A DNA stretch of 64,000 nt, taken from contig OZ024744.1 in NCBI GenBank assembly GCA_964016885.1, forward strand, positions 116,746,001 to 116,810,000, read 5' to 3'. The stretch is from Eledone cirrhosa. Taxonomy: Eukaryota. The stretch's first letter is position 1; each line of letters opens with the position of its first letter. Shown piece by piece: positions 1 to 18,000 of this stretch. A program made the translations under genes and the position numbers. The notes under the pieces were generated by a model, which saw only the letters and a program-made list of their open reading frames with translations, did no database searches and was not told the DNA's origin.

Positions 1-3000
1 TGACAATGTGAGATAATGACAATGTGAGATAATGACAATGTGAGAAAATGACAATGTGAGATAATGACAATGTGAGATAATGACAATGTGAGATAATGAC
101 CAATGTGAGATAACGACCAATGTGAGATAATGACAATGTGAGATAATGACAATGTGAGATAATGACCAATATGAGATAATGACAATGTGAGATAATGACA
201 ATGTGAGATAATGACCAATGTGAGATAATGACCAATGTGAGATGATGACCAATGTGAGATAATGACCAATGTGAGACAATGACAATGTGAGGTAATGACA
301 ATGTGAGATAATGACAATGTGAGATAATGACAATGTGAGATAATGAGCAATGTGAGATAATTAACAATGTGAGATAATGATAATGTGAGATAATGACAAT
401 GTGAGATAATGACAATGTGAGTTAATGACAATGTGAGATAATGACCAATGTGAGATAATAACAATGTGAGATAATGAAAATGTGAGATAATGACAATGTG
501 AGATAATGACAATGTGAGATAATGACCAATGTGAGATAATGACCAACATGAGATAATGACCAATGTGTGATAATGACAATGTGAGATAATGACAAAGTGA
601 GATAATGACAATGTGAGATAATGACAACGTGAAATAATGACAATGTGATATAATGACCAATGTGAGATAATGACAATGTGAGATAATGACCAATGTGAGA
701 TAATGACAATGTGAGATAATGACAATGTGAGATAATGACAATGTGAGATAATGACCATGTGAGATAATGACAGTGTGAGATAATGACCAATGTGAGATAA
801 TGACCAATGTGAGATAATGACCAACGTGAGATAATGACAATGTGAGATAATGACCAACGTGAGATAATGACAATGTGAGATAATGACAATGTGAGATAAT
901 GACAATGTGAGATAATGACAATGTGAGATAATGACAGTGTGAGATAATGACCAATGTGAGATAATGACCAATGTGAGATAATGACCAACGTGAGATAATG
1001 ACAATGTGAGATAATGACCAATGTGAGATAATGACAATGTGAGATAATGACCAAAGTGAGATAATGACCAATGTGAGATAATGACCAATGTGATATAATG
1101 ACAATGTGAGATAATAACCAATGTGAGATAATGACCAATGTGAGATAATGACAATGTGAGATAATGACCAATGTGAGATAATGACCAAAGTGAGATAATG
1201 ACCAAAGTGAGATAATGACCAATGTGAGATAATGACCAATGTGATATAATGACAATGTGAGATAATGACCAACGTGAGATAATGACAATGTGAGATAATG
1301 ACAATGTGAGATAATGACAATGTGAGATAATGACAATGTGAGATAATGACCAAAGTGAGATAATGACAATGTGAGATAATGACCAATGTGAGATAATGAC
1401 AATGTGAGATAATGACAATGTGAGATAATGACCAATGTGAGATAATGACCAATGTGAGATAATGACCAAAGTGAGATATTGACCAAAGTGAGATAATGAC
1501 CAATGTGAGATAATGACCAATGTGAGATAATGACAATGTGAGATAATGACAATGTGATATAATGACAATGTGAGATAATGACCAATGTGAGATAATGACA
1601 ATGTGAGATAATGACAATGTGAGATAATGACAATGTGAGATAATGACAATGTGAGATAATGACAATGTGAGATAATGACCAAAGTGAGATAATGACAATG
1701 TGAGATAATGACCAATGTGAGATAATGAGAACGTGTGATAATGACTCATGTGAGATAATGAGAACGTGTGATAATGACTCATGTGAGATAATGACAATGT
1801 GAGATAATGACCAATGTGAGATAATGACCAATGCGAGATAATGACAATGTGAGGTAATGACAATGTGAGATAATGACCAATGTGAGATAATGACAATGTG
1901 AGATAATGATAATGTGAGATAATGACAATGTGAGATAATGACCAATGTGAGATAATGACAATGTGAGATAATGACAATGTGAGATAATGACAATGTGAGA
2001 TAATGACAATGTGAGATAATGACCAATGTGAGATAATGACCAATGTGAGATAATGACAATGTGAGATAATGACAATGTGAGATAATGACCAATATGAGAT
2101 AATGACAATGTGAGATAATGACAATGTGATATAATGACCAATGTGAGATAATGACCAATGTGAGATAATGACCAATGTGAGATAATGACAAAGTGAGATA
2201 ATGACAATGTGAGATAATGACAATGTGAGATAATGACAATGTGAGAAAATGACAATGTGAGATAATGACAATGTGAGATAATGACAATGTGAGATAATGA
2301 CAATGTGAGATAATGACAATGTGAGATAATGACAATGTGACATAATGACAATGTGAGATTATGACAATGTGAGATAATGACAATGTGAGATTATGACCAA
2401 TGTGAGATAATGACAATGTGAGATAATGACAATGTGAGATAATGACAATGTGAGATAATGACAATGTGAGATAATGAACAATGTGAGATAATGACAATGT
2501 GAGATAATGACCAATGTGAGATAATGACTATGTGAGATAATGACAATGTGAGATAATGACAATGTGAGATAATGACCAATATGAGATAATGACAATGTAA
2601 GATAATGACCAATGTGAGATAATGACAATGTGAGATAATGACAATGTGAGATAATGACCAATGTGAGATAATGACAATGTGAGATAATGACAATGTGAGA
2701 TAATGACCAATGTGAGATAATGAAAATGTGAGATAATGACAATGTGTGATAATGACCAACATGAGATAATGACAATGTGAGATAATGACAATGTGAGATA
2801 ATGACCAACATGAGATAATGAAAATGTGAGATAATGACAACGTGAGATAATGACAATGTGAGATAATGACAATGTGAGATAATGAGCAATGTGAGATAAT
2901 GACCAATGTGAGATAATGACCAATGTGAGATAATGACAATGTGAGATAATGACAATGTGAGATAATGACAATGTGAGATAATGACAATGTGAGATAATGA

Positions 3001-6000
3001 ACAATGTGAGATAATGACAATGTGAGATAATGACCAATGTGAGATAATGACTATGTGAGATAATGACAATGTGAGATAATGACAATGTGAGATAATGACC
3101 AATATGAGATAATGACAATGTAAGATAATGACCAATGTGAGAAAATGACAATGTGAGATAATGACAATGTGAGATAATGACCAATGTGAGATAATGACAA
3201 TGTGAGATAATGACAATGTGAGATAATGACAATGTGAGATAATGACAATGTGAGATAATGAACAATGTGAGATAATGACAATGTGAGATAATGACCAATG
3301 TGAGATAATGACTATGTGAGATAATGACAATGTGAGATAATGACAATGTGAGATAATGACCAATATGAGATAATGACAATGTAAGATAATGACCAATGTG
3401 AGATAATGACAATGTGAGATAATGACAATGTGGGATAATGACAATGTGAGATAATGACAATGTGAGATAATGACCAACGTGAGATAATGACAATGTGAGA
3501 TAATGACAATGTGAGATAATGACAATGTGAGATAATGACAATGTGAGATAATGACCAAAGTGAGATAATGACAATGTGAGATAATGACCAACGTGAGATA
3601 ATGACAATGTGAGATAATGACAATGTGAGATAATGACCAATGTGAGATAATGACCAACGTGAGATAATGACCAAAGTGAGATATTGACCAAAGTGAGATA
3701 ATGACCAATGTGAGATAATGACCAATGTGAGATAATGACAATGTGAGATAATGACAATGTGATATAATGACAATGTGAGATAATGACCAATGTGAGATAA
3801 TGACAATGTGAGATAATGACAATGTGAGATAATGACAATGTGAGATAATGACAATGTGAGATAATGACAATGTGAGATAATGACCAAAGTGAGATAATGA
3901 CAATGTGAGATAATGACAATGTGAGATAATGACAATGTGAGATAATGACAAAGTGAGATAATGACAATGTGAGATAATGACAATGTGAGATAATGACAAT
4001 GTGAGATAATGACCAAAGTGAGATAATGACCAAAGTGAGATAATGACCAATGTGAGATAATGACCAATGTGAGATAATGACAATGTGAGATAATGACAAT
4101 GTGATATAATGACAACGTGAGATAATGACCAATGTGAGATAATGACAATGTGAGATAATGACAATGTGAGATAATGACAATGTGAGATAATGACCAAAGT
4201 GAGATAAAGACCAAAGTGAGATAATGACCAATGTGAGATAATGACCAATGTGAGATAATGACAATGTGAGATAATGACAATGTGATATAATGACAATGTG
4301 AGATAATGACCAACATGAGATAATGACAATGTGAGATAATGACAATGTGAGATAATGACCAACATGAGATAATGAAAATGTGAGATAATGACAACGTGTG
4401 ATAATGACAATGTGAGATAATGACAATGTGAGATAATGAGCAATGTGAGATAATGACCAATGTGAGATAATGACAAACGTGAGATAATGACCAATGTGAG
4501 ATAATGACAAATGTGAGATAACGACCAATGGGAGATAATGACAATGTGAGATAATGACAAATGTGAGATAACGACCAATGGGAGATAATGACAATGTGAG
4601 ATAATGACAAATGTGAGATAACGACCAATGGGAGATAATGACAACGTGAGATAATGACAATGTGAGATAATGACCAATGTGAGATAATGACAATGTGAGA
4701 TAATGACCAATGTGAGATAATGACAATGTGAGATAATGACCAATGTGAGATAATGACAATGTGAGATAATGACAATGTGAGATAATGACCAATGTGAGAT
4801 AATGACCAATGGGAGATAATGACAATGTGAGATAATGACAATGTGAGATAATGACCTATATGAGATAATGACGATGTGAGATAATGACCAATGTGAGATA
4901 ACGACCAATGTGAGATAATGACCAATGTGAGATAATGACAATGTGAGATAATGACCAATGTGAGATAATGACAATGTGAGATAATGACAATGTGAGATAA
5001 TGACCAATGTGAGATAATGACCAATGTGAGATAATGACCAATGTGAGATAATGACCAATGTGAGATAATGAAAATGTGAGATAATGACCAATGTGAGATA
5101 ATGACAATGTGAGATAATGACAATGTGAGATAATGAACAATGTGAGATAATGACAATGTGAGATAATGACCAATGTGAGATAATGACCAATGTGAGATAA
5201 TGACCAATGTGAGATATTGACGATGTGAGATAATGACAATGTGAGACAATGACAATGTGAGATAATGACAATGTGAGATAATGACCAATATGAGATAATG
5301 ACAATGTGAGATAATGACCAATGTGAGATAATGCCCAATGTGAGATAATGACCAATGTGAGATAATGACAATGTGAGATAATGACCAATGTGAGATAATG
5401 ACCAACGTGAGATAATGACAATGTGAGATAATGACAATGTAAGATAATGACCAATATGAGATAATGACAATGTGAGATAATGACCAACATGAGATAATGA
5501 CAATGTGAGATAATGACCAATGTGAGATAATGACCAACGTGAGATAATGACAATGTAAGATAATGACCAATATGAGATAATTACAATGTGAGATAATGAC
5601 CAATGTGAGATAATGACCAACGTGAGATAATGACGATGTGAGATAATGACCAATGTGAGATAATGACCAAAGTGAGATAATGACCAACGTGAGATAATGA
5701 CAATGTGAGGTAATGACAATGTGAGATAATGACAATGTGAGATAATGACAATGTGAGATAATGACAATGTGAGATAATGACAACGTGAAATAATGACAAT
5801 GTGATATAATGACCAATGTGAGATAATGACAATGTGAGATAATGACCAATGTGAGATAATGACAATGTTAGATAATGACAATGTGAGATAATGACAATGT
5901 GAGATAATGACCATGTGAGATAATGACAGTGTGAGATAATGACCAATGTGAGATAATGACCAATGTGAGATAATGACCAACGTGAGATAATGACAATGTG

Positions 6001-9000
6001 AGATAATGACCAATGTGAGATAATGACAATGTGAGATAATGACAATGTGAGATAATGACAATGTGAGATAATGACAATGTGAGATAATGACAGTGTGAGA
6101 TAAGGACCAATGTGAGATAATGACCAATGTGAGATAATGACCAACGTGAGATAATGACAATGTGAGATAATGACCAATGTGAGATAATGACAATGTGAGA
6201 TAATGACCAAAGTGAGATAATGACCAATGTGAGATAATGACCAATGTGATATAATGACAATGTGAGATAATAACCAATGTGAGATAATGACCAATGTGAG
6301 ATAATGACAATGTGAGATAATGACCAATGTGAGATAATGACCAAAGTGAGATAATGACCAAAGTGAGATAATGACCAATGTGAGATAATGACCAATGTGA
6401 TATAATGACAATGTGAGATAATGACCAACGTGAGATAATGACAATGTGAGATAATGACAATGTGAGATAATGACAATGTGAGATAATGACAATGTGAGAT
6501 AATGACCAAAGTGAGATAATGACAATGTGAGATAATGACCAATGTGAGATAATGACAATGTGAGATAATGACAATGTGAGATAATGACCAATGTGAGATA
6601 ATGACCAATGTGAGATAATGACCAAAGTGAGATATTGACCAAAGTGAGATAATGACCAATGTGAGATAATGACCAATGTGAGATAATGACAATGTGAGAT
6701 AATGACAATGTGATATAATGACAATGTGAGATAATGACCAATGTGAGATAATGACAATGTGAGATAATGACAATGTGAGATAATGACAATGTGAGATAAT
6801 GACAATGTGAGATAATGACAATGTGAGATAATGACCAAAGTGAGATAATGACAATGTGAGATAATGACCAATGTGAGATAATGACAATGTGAGATAATGA
6901 CAAAGTGAGATAATGACAATGTGAGATAATGACAATGTGAGATAATGACAATGTGAGATAATGACCAAAGTGAGATAATGACCAAAGTGAGATAATGACC
7001 AATGTGAGATAATGACCAATGTGAGATAATGACAATGTGAGATAATGACAATGTGATATAATGACAACGTGAGATAATGACCAATGTGAGATAATGACAA
7101 TGTGAGATAATGACAATGTGAGATAATGACCAAAGTGAGATAAAGACCAAAGTGAGATAATGACCAATGTGAGATAATGACCAATGTGAGATAATGACAA
7201 TGTGAGATAATGACAATGTGATATAATGACAATGTGAGATAATGACCAACATGAGATAATGACAATGTGAGATAATGACAATGTGAGATAATGACCAACA
7301 TGAGATAATGAAAATGTGAGATAATGACAACGTGAGATAATGACAATGTGAGATAATGACAATGTGAGATAATGAGCAATGTGAGATAATGACCAATGTG
7401 AGATAATGACCAATGTGAGATAATGACAATGTGAGATAATGACAATGTGAGATAATGACAATGTGAGATAATGACAATGTGACATAATGACAATGTGAGA
7501 TTATGACAATGTGAGATAATGACAATGTGAGATTATGACAATGTGAGATAATGAACAATGTGAGATAATGACAATGTGAGATAATGACCAATGTGAGATA
7601 ATGACAATGTGAGATAATGACAATGTGAGATAATGACAATGTGAGATAATGACAATGTGAGATAATGACAATGTGAGATAATGACAATGTGAGATAATGA
7701 ACAATGTGAGATAATGACAATGTGAGATAATGACCAATGTGAGATAATGACTATGTGAGATAATGACAATGTGAGATAATGACAATGTGAGATAATGACC
7801 AATATGAGATAATGACAATATAAGATAATGACCAATGTGAGATAATGACAATGTGAGATAATGACAATGTGAGATAATGACCAATGTGAGATAATGACAA
7901 TGTGAGATAATGACAATGTGAGATAATGACCAATGTGAGATAATGAAAATGTGAGATAATGACAATGTGAGATAATGACCAACATGAGATAATGACAATG
8001 TGAGATAATGACAATGTGAGATAATGACCAACATGAGATAATGAAAATGTGAGATAATGACAACGTGAGATAATGACAATGTGAGATAATGACAATGTGA
8101 GATAATGAGCAATGTGAGATAATGACCAATGTGAGATAATGACCAATGTGAGATAATGACAATGTGAGATAATGACAATGTGAGATAATGACAATGTGAG
8201 ATAATGACAATGTGAGATAATGAACAATGTGAGATAATGACAATGTGAGATAATGACCAATGTGAGATAATGACTATGTGAGATAATGACAATGTGAGAT
8301 AATGACAATGTGAGATAATGACCAATATGAGATAATGACAATGTAAGATAATGACCAATGTGAGAAAATGACAATGTGAGATAATGACAATGTGAGATAA
8401 TGACCAATGTGAGATAATGACAATGTGACATAATGAACAATGTGAGATAATGACAATGTGAGATAATGACCAATGTGAGATAATGACTATGTGAGATAAT
8501 GACAATGTGAGATAATGACAATGTGAGATAATGACCAATATGAGATAATGACAATGTAAGATAATGACCAATGTGAGATAATGACAATGTGAGATAATGA
8601 CAATGTGAGATAATGACAATGTGAGATAATGACAATGTGAGATAATGACCAACGTGAGATAATGACAATGTGAGATAATGACAATGTGAGATAATGACAA
8701 TGTGAGATAATGACAATGTGAGATAATGACCAAAGTGAGATAATGACAATGTGAGATAATGACCAATGTGAGATAATGACAATGTGAGATAATGACAATG
8801 TGAGATAATGACCAATGTGAGATAATGACCAATGTGAGATAATGACCAAAGTGAGATATTGACCAAAGTGAGATAATGACCAATGTGAGATAATGACCAA
8901 TGTGAGATAATGACAATGTGAGATAATGACAATGTGATATAATGACAATGTGAGATAATGACCAATGTGAGATAATGACAATGTGAGATAATGACAATGT

Positions 9001-12000
9001 GAGATAATGACAATGTGAGATAATGACAATGTGAGAAAATGACAATGTGAGATAATGACCAAAGTGAGATAATGACAATGTGAGATAATGACCAATGTGA
9101 GATAATGACAATGTGAGATAATGACAAAGTGAGATAATGACAATGTGAGATAATGACAATGTGAGATAATGACAATGTGAGATAATGACCAAAGTGAGAT
9201 AATGACCAAAGTGAGATAATGACCAATGTGAGATAATGACCAATGTGAGATAATGACAATGTGAGATAATGACAATGTGATATAATGACAACGTGAGATA
9301 ATGACCAATGTGAGATAATGACAATGTGAGATAATGACAATGTGAGATAATGACAATGTGAGATAATGACCAAAGTGAGATAAAGACCAAAGTGAGATAA
9401 TGACCAATGTGAGATAATGACCAATGTGAGATAATGACAATGTGAGATAATGACAATGTGATATAATGACAATGTGAGATAATGACCAACATGAGATAAT
9501 GACAATGTGAGATAATGACAATGTGAGATAATGACCAACATGAGATAATGAAAATGTGAGATAATGACAACGTGAGATAATGACAATGTGAGATAATGAC
9601 AATGTGAGATAATGAGCAATGTGAGATAATGACCAATGTGAGATAATGACAAACGTGAGATAATGACCAATGTGAGATAATGACAAATGTGAGATAACGA
9701 CCAATGGGAGATAATGACAATGTGAGATAATGACAAATGTGAGATAACGACCAATGGGAGATAATGACAATGTGAGATAATGACAAATGTGAGATAACGA
9801 CCAATGGGAGATAATGACAACGTGAGATAATGACAATGTGAGATAATGACCAATGTGAGATAATGACAATGTGAGATAATGACCAATGTGAGATAATGAC
9901 AATGTGAGATAATGACCAATGTGAGATAATGACAACGTGAGATAATGACAATGTGAGATAATGACCAATGTGAGATAATGACCAATGGGAGATAATGACA
10001 ATGTGAGATAATGACAATGTGAGATAATGACCTATATGAGATAATGACGATGTGAGATAATGACCAATGTGAGATAACGACCAATGTGAGATAATGACCA
10101 ATGTGAGATAATGACAATGTGAGATAATGACCAATGTGAGATAATGACAATGTGAGATAATGACAATGTGAGATAATGACCAATGTGAGATAATGACCAA
10201 TGTGAGATAATGACCAATGTGAGATAATGACCAATGTGAGATAATGACAATGTGAGATAATGACCAATGTGAGATAATGACAATGTGAGATAATGACAAT
10301 GTAAGATAATGAACAATGTGAGATAATGACAATGTGAGATAATGACCAATGTGAGATAATGACCAATGTGAGATAATGACCAATGTGAGATATTGACGAT
10401 GTGAGATAATGACAATGTGAGACAATGACAATGTGAGATAATGACAATGTGAGATAATGACCAATATGAGATAATGACAATGTGAGATAATGACCAATGT
10501 GAGATAATGCCCAATGTGAGATAATGACCAATGTGAGATAATGACAATGTGAGATAATGACCTATATGAGATAATGACAATGTGAGATAATGACCAATGT
10601 GAGATAACGACCAATGTGAGATAATGACCAATGTGAGATAATGACAATGTGAGATAATGACCAATGTGAGATAATGACAATGTGAGATAATGACAATGTG
10701 AGATAATGACCAATGTGAGATAATGACCAATGTGAGATAATGACCAATGTGAGATAATGACCAATGTGAGATAATGACCAATGTGAGATAATGACCAATG
10801 TAAGATAATGACCAACGTGAGATAATGACAATGTGAGATAATGACAATGTGAGATAATGACAATGTGAGATAATGACAATGTGAGATAATGACAATGTGA
10901 GATAATGACCAATGTGAGATAATGACAATGTGAGATAATGACAATGTGAGATAATGAGCAATGTGAGATAATGACAATGTGAGATAATGACAATGTGAGA
11001 TGATGACTAATGTGAGATAATGACAACGTGAGATAATGACAATGTGAGATAATGACCAACGTGAGATAATGACAATGTGTGATAATGACAATGTGAGATA
11101 ATGACAACGTGAGATAATGACAATGTGAGATAATGACAATATGAGATAATGACCAATGTGAGATAATGACCAATGTGAGATAATGACAATGTGAGATAAT
11201 GACAACTTGAGATAATGACAATGTGAGATAATGACAATATGAGATAATGACCAATGTGAGATAATGACAATGTGAGATAATGACAACGTGAGATAATGAC
11301 AATGTGAGATAATGACAATGTGAGATAATGACAATGTGAGATAATGACCAACATGAGATAATGAAAATGTGAGATAATGACAACGTGAGATAATGACAAT
11401 GTGAGATAATGACAAAGTGAAATAATGAGCAATGTGAGATAATGACCAATGTGAGATAATGACCAATGTGAGATAATGACAATGTGAGATAATGACAATG
11501 TGAGATAATGACAATGTGAGATAATGACAATGTGAGATAATGAACAATGTGAGATAATGACAATGTGAGATAATGACCAATGTGAGATAATGACTATGTG
11601 AGATAATGACCAAAGTGAGATAATGACCAATGTGAGATAATGACAATGTGAGATAATGACAATGTGAGATAATGACAATGTGAGATAATGACAATGTGAG
11701 ATAATGACAATGTGAGATAATGACCAATGTGAGATAATGACCAATGTGAGATATTGACGATGTGAGATAATGACAATATGAGATAATGACAATGTGAGAT
11801 AATGACAATTTGAGATAATGACCAATATGAGATAATGACAATGTGAGATAATGACCAATGTGAGATAATGCCCAATGTGAGATAATGACCAATGTGAGAT
11901 AATGACCAATGTGAGATAATGACAATGTGAGATAATGACCAATATGAGATAATGACAATGTGAGATAATGACAATGTGAGATAATGACCAATGTGAGATA

Positions 12001-15000
12001 ATGACAATGTGAGATAATGACCAATATGAGATAATGACAATGTGAGATAATGACCAATGTGAGGTAATGACCAATGGGAGATAATGACAATGTGAGGTAA
12101 TGACCAATGGGAGATAATGACCAATATGAGATAATGACAATATGAGATAATGACAATGTGAGATAATGACCAATATGAGATAATGACAATGTGAGATAAT
12201 GACCAATGTGAGATAATGACCAATGTGAGATAATGACCAATGTGAGATAATGACCAATGTGAGATAATGACAATGTGAGATAATGACCAATGTGATATAA
12301 TGACCAATGTGAGATAATGACAATGTGAGATAATGACCAATGTGAGATAATGACAATGTGAGATAATGACCAATGTGAGATAATGACCAATGTGAGATAT
12401 TGACCAACGTGAGATAATGACCAATGTGAGATAATGACCAATGTGAGATAATGACAATGGGAGATAATGACAATGTGAGATAATGACAATGTGAGATAAT
12501 GACCAATGTGAGATAATGACCAATGTGAGATAATGACAATGTGAGATAATGACCAATGTGATATAATGACAATGTGAGATAATGACAATGTGACATAATG
12601 ACAATGTGAGATCATGACAATGTGAGATAATGACAACGTGAGATAATGACCAATGTGAGATAACGACCAATGGGAGATAATGACAATGTGAGATAATGAC
12701 AATGTGAGATAATGAAAATGTGAGATAATGACAATGTGACATAATGACAATGTGAGATCATGACAATGTGAGATAATGACAATGTGAGATAATGACCAAT
12801 GTGAGATAATGACAATGTGAGATAATGACAATGTGAGATAATGACCAATGTGAGATAATGACAATGTGAGATAATGACCAATGTGAGATAATGACCAATG
12901 TGAGATAATGACAATGTGAGATAATGACCAATGTGAGATCATGACAATGTGAGATAATGACAATGTGAGATAATGACCAATGTGAGATAATGACAATGTG
13001 AGATAATGGCAATGTGAGATAATGACCAATGTGAGATAACGACCAATGGGAGATAATGACAATGTGAGATAATGACAATGTGAGATAATGACAATGTGAG
13101 ATAATGACCAATATGAGATAATGACAATGTGAGATAATGACCAATGTGAGATAACGACCAATGTGAGATAATGACCAATGTGAGATAATGACAATGTGAG
13201 ATAATGACCAATGTGAGATAATGACAATGTGAGATAATGACAATGTGAGATAATGACCAATGTGAGATAATGACCAATGTGAGATAATGACCAATGTGAG
13301 ATAATGACAATGTGAGATAATGACAACGTGAGATAATGACAATTTGAGATAATGACAATGTGAGATAATGACCAATGTGAGATAATGAGAACGTGTGATA
13401 ATGAAAATGTGAGATAATGACAATGTGAGATAATGACAATGTGAGATAATGACAATGTGAGATAATGACAATGTGAGATAATGACCAATGTGAGATAATG
13501 ACAATGTGAGATAATGACAATGTGATATAATGACAATGTGAGATAATGACAATGTGAGATAATGACAATGTGAGATAATGACCATGTGAGATAATGACCA
13601 ATGTGAGAAAATGACAATGTGAGATAATGACCAATGTTAGATAATGACCAATTGGAGATAATGACCAATGTGAGATAATTACAATATGAGATAATGACCA
13701 ATGTGAGATAATGATAACGTGAGATAATGACCAATATGAGATAATGACAATATGAGATAATGACAATGTGAGATGATGACTAATGTGAGATAATGACCAA
13801 TGTGAGATAATGACAATGTGATATAATGACCAATGTGAGATAATGACAATGTGAGATAATGACAATGTGAGATAATGACCAATGTAAGATAATGACCAAT
13901 GGGAGATAACGACCAATGGGAGATAATGACAATGTGAGATAATGACAATGTGAGATAATGACAATGTGACATAATGACAATGTGAGATTATGACAATGTG
14001 AGATAATGACGATGTGAGATTATGACAATGTGAGATAATGACAATATGAGATAATGACAACGTGAGATAATGACCAATGTGAGATAATGACCAATGTGAG
14101 ATAATGACAAATGTGAGATAACGACCAATGGGAGATAATGACAATGTGAGATAATGACAAATGTGAGATAACGACCAATGGGAGATAATGACAACGTGAG
14201 ATAATGACAATGTGAGATAATGACCAATGTGAGATAATGACAATGTGAGATAATGACCAATTTGAGATAATGACAATGTGAGATAATGACCAATGTGAGA
14301 TAATGACAATGTGAGATAATGACAATGTGAGATAATGACCAATGTGAGATAATGACCAATGGGAGATAATGACCAATGGGAGATAATGACAATGTGAGAT
14401 AATGACCTATATGAGATAATGACAATGTGAGATAATGACCAATGTGAGATAACGACCAATGTGAGATAATGACCAATGTGAGATAATGACATTGTGAGAT
14501 AATGACCAATGTGAGATAATGACAATGTGAGATAATGACAATGTGAGATAATGACCAATGTGAGATAATGACCAATGTGAGATAATGACCAATGTGAGAT
14601 AATGACCAATGTGAGATAATGACCAATGTGAGATAATGACAATGTGAGATAATGACCAATGTGAGATAATGACCAATGAATAATGACCAACGTGAGATAA
14701 TGACAATGTGAGATAATGACAATGTGAGATAATGACAATGTGAGATAATGACAATGTGAGATAATGACAATGTGAGATAATGACCAATGTGAGATAATGA
14801 CAATGTGAGATAATGACAATGTGAGATAATGAGCAATGTGAGATAATGACAATGTGAGATAATGACAATGTGAGATGATGACTAATGTGAGATAATGACA
14901 ACGTGAGATAATGACAATGTGAGATAATGACCAACGTGAGATAATGACAATGTGAGATAATGACAATGTGAGATAATGACAACGTGAGATAATGACAATG

Positions 15001-18000
15001 TGAGATAATGACAATATGAGATAATGACCAATGTGAGATAATGACCAATGTGAGATAATGACAATGTGAGATAATGACAACTTGAGATAATGACAATGTG
15101 AGATAATGACAATATGAGATAATGACCAATGTGAGATAGTGACAATGTGAGATAATGACAACGTGAGATAATGACAATGTGAGATAATGACAATATGAGA
15201 TAATGACCAATGTGAGATAATGACAATGTGAGATAATGACAATGTGAGATAATGACCAACATGAGATAATGAAAATGTGAGATAATGACAACGTGAGATA
15301 ATGACAATGTGAGATAATGACAATGTGAGATAATGAGCAATGTGAGATAATGACCAATGTGAGATAATGACCAATGTGAGATAATGACAATGTGAGATAA
15401 TGACAATGTGAGATAATGACAATGTGAGATAATGACAATGTGAGATAATGACCAACATGAGATAATGAAAATGTGAGATAATGACAATGTGAGATAATGA
15501 CCAACATGAGATAATGACAATGTGAGATAATGACAATGTGAGATAATGACCAACATGAGATAATGAAAATGTGAGATAATGACAACGTGAGATAATGACA
15601 ATGTGAGATAATGACAATGTGAGATAATGAACAATGTGAGATAATGACCAATGTGAGATAATGACCAATGTGAGATAATGACAATGTGAGATAATGACAA
15701 TGTGACATAATGACAATGTGAGATTATGACAATGTGAGATAATGACAATGTGAGATTATGACAATGTGAGATAATGACAATGTGAGATAATGACAACGTG
15801 AGATAATGACCAATGTGAGATAATGACCAATGTGAGATAATGACAAACGTGAGATAATGACCAATGTGAGATAATGACAAATGTGAGATAACGACCAATG
15901 GGACATAATGACAACGTGAGATAATGACAAATGTGAGATAACGACCAATGGGAGATAATGACAATGTGAGATAATGACAAATGTGAGATAACGACCAATG
16001 GGAGATAATGAAAACGTGAGATAATGACAATGTGAGATAATGACCAATGTGAGATAATGAAAATGTGAGATAATGACCAATGTGAGATAATGACAATGTG
16101 AGATAATGACCAATGTGAGATAATGACAATGTGAGATAATGACAATGTGAGATAATGACCAATGTGAGATAATGACCAATGGGAGATAATGACAATGTGA
16201 GATAATGACAATGTGAGATAATGACCTATATGAGATAATGACCAATGTGAGATAATGACAATGTGAGATAATGACAATGTGAGATAATGACAATGTGAGA
16301 TAATGACCAATGTGAGATAACGACCAATGTGAGATAATGACCAATGTGAGATAATGACAATGTGATATATTGACCAATGTGAGATAATGACAATGTGAGA
16401 TAATGACCAATGTGAGATAATGACCAATGTGAGATAATGACCAATGTGAGATAATGACCAATGTGAGATAATGACAATGTGAGATAATGACCAATGTGAG
16501 ATAATGACCAATGTGAGATAATGACCAACGTGAGATAATGACAATGTGAGATAATGACAATGTGAGATAATGACAATGTGAGATAATGACAATGTGAGAT
16601 AATGACAATGTGAGATAATGACCAATGTGAGATAATGACAATGTGAGATAATGACAATGTGAGATAATGAGCAATGTGAGATAATGACAATGTGAGATAA
16701 TGACAATGTGAGATGATGACTAATGTGAGATAATGACAACGTGAGATAATGACAATGTGAGATAATGACCAACGTGAGATAATGACAATGTGAGATAATG
16801 ACAATGTGAGATAATGACAACATGAGATAATGACAATGTGAGATAATGACAATATGAGATATTGACCAATGTGAGATAATGACCAATGTGAGATAATGAC
16901 AATGTGAGATAATGACTACTTGAGATAATGACAATGTGAGATAATGACAATATGAGATAATGACCAATGTGAGATAATGACAATGTGAGATAATGACAAC
17001 GTGAGATAATGACAATGTGAGATAATGACAATATGAGATAATGACCAATGTGAGATAATGACAATGTGAGATAATGACAATGTGAGATAATGACAATGTG
17101 AGATAATGACAATGTGAGATAATGACCAACATGAGATAATGAAAATGTGATATAATGACAATGTGAGATAATGACCAACATGAGATAATGACAATGTGAG
17201 ATAATGACAATGTGAGATAATGACCAACATGAGATAATGAAAATGTGAGATAATGACAATGTGAGATAATGACAATGTGAGATAATGACAATGTGACATA
17301 ATGACAATGTGAGATTATGACAATGTGAGATAATGACGATGTGAGATTATGACAATGTGAGATAATGACAATATGAGATAATGACAACGTGAGATAATGA
17401 CCAATGTGAGATAATGACCAATGTGAAATAATGACAAATGTGAGATAACGACCAATGGGAGATAATGACAATGTGAGATAATGACAAATGTGAGATAACG
17501 ACCAATGGGAGATAATGACAACGTGAGATAATGACAATGTGAGATAATGACCAATTTGAGATAATGACAATGTGAGATAATGACCAATGTGAGATAATGA
17601 CAATGTGAGATAATGACAATGTGAGATAATGACCAATGTGAGATAATGACCAATGGGAGATAATGACCAATGGGAGATAATGACAATGTGAGATAATGAC
17701 CTATATGAGATAATGACAATGTGAGATAATGACCAACGTGAGATAACGACCAATGTGAGATAATGACCAATGTGAGATAATGACAATGTGAGATAATGAC
17801 CAATGTGAGATAATGACAATGTGAGATAATGACAATGTGAGATAATGACCAATGTGAGATAATGACCAATGTGAGATAATGACCAATGTGAGATAATGAC
17901 CAATGTGAGATAATGACCAATGTGAGATAATGACAATGTGAGATAATGACCAATGTGAGATAATGACCAATGAATAATGACCAACGTGAGATAATGACAA

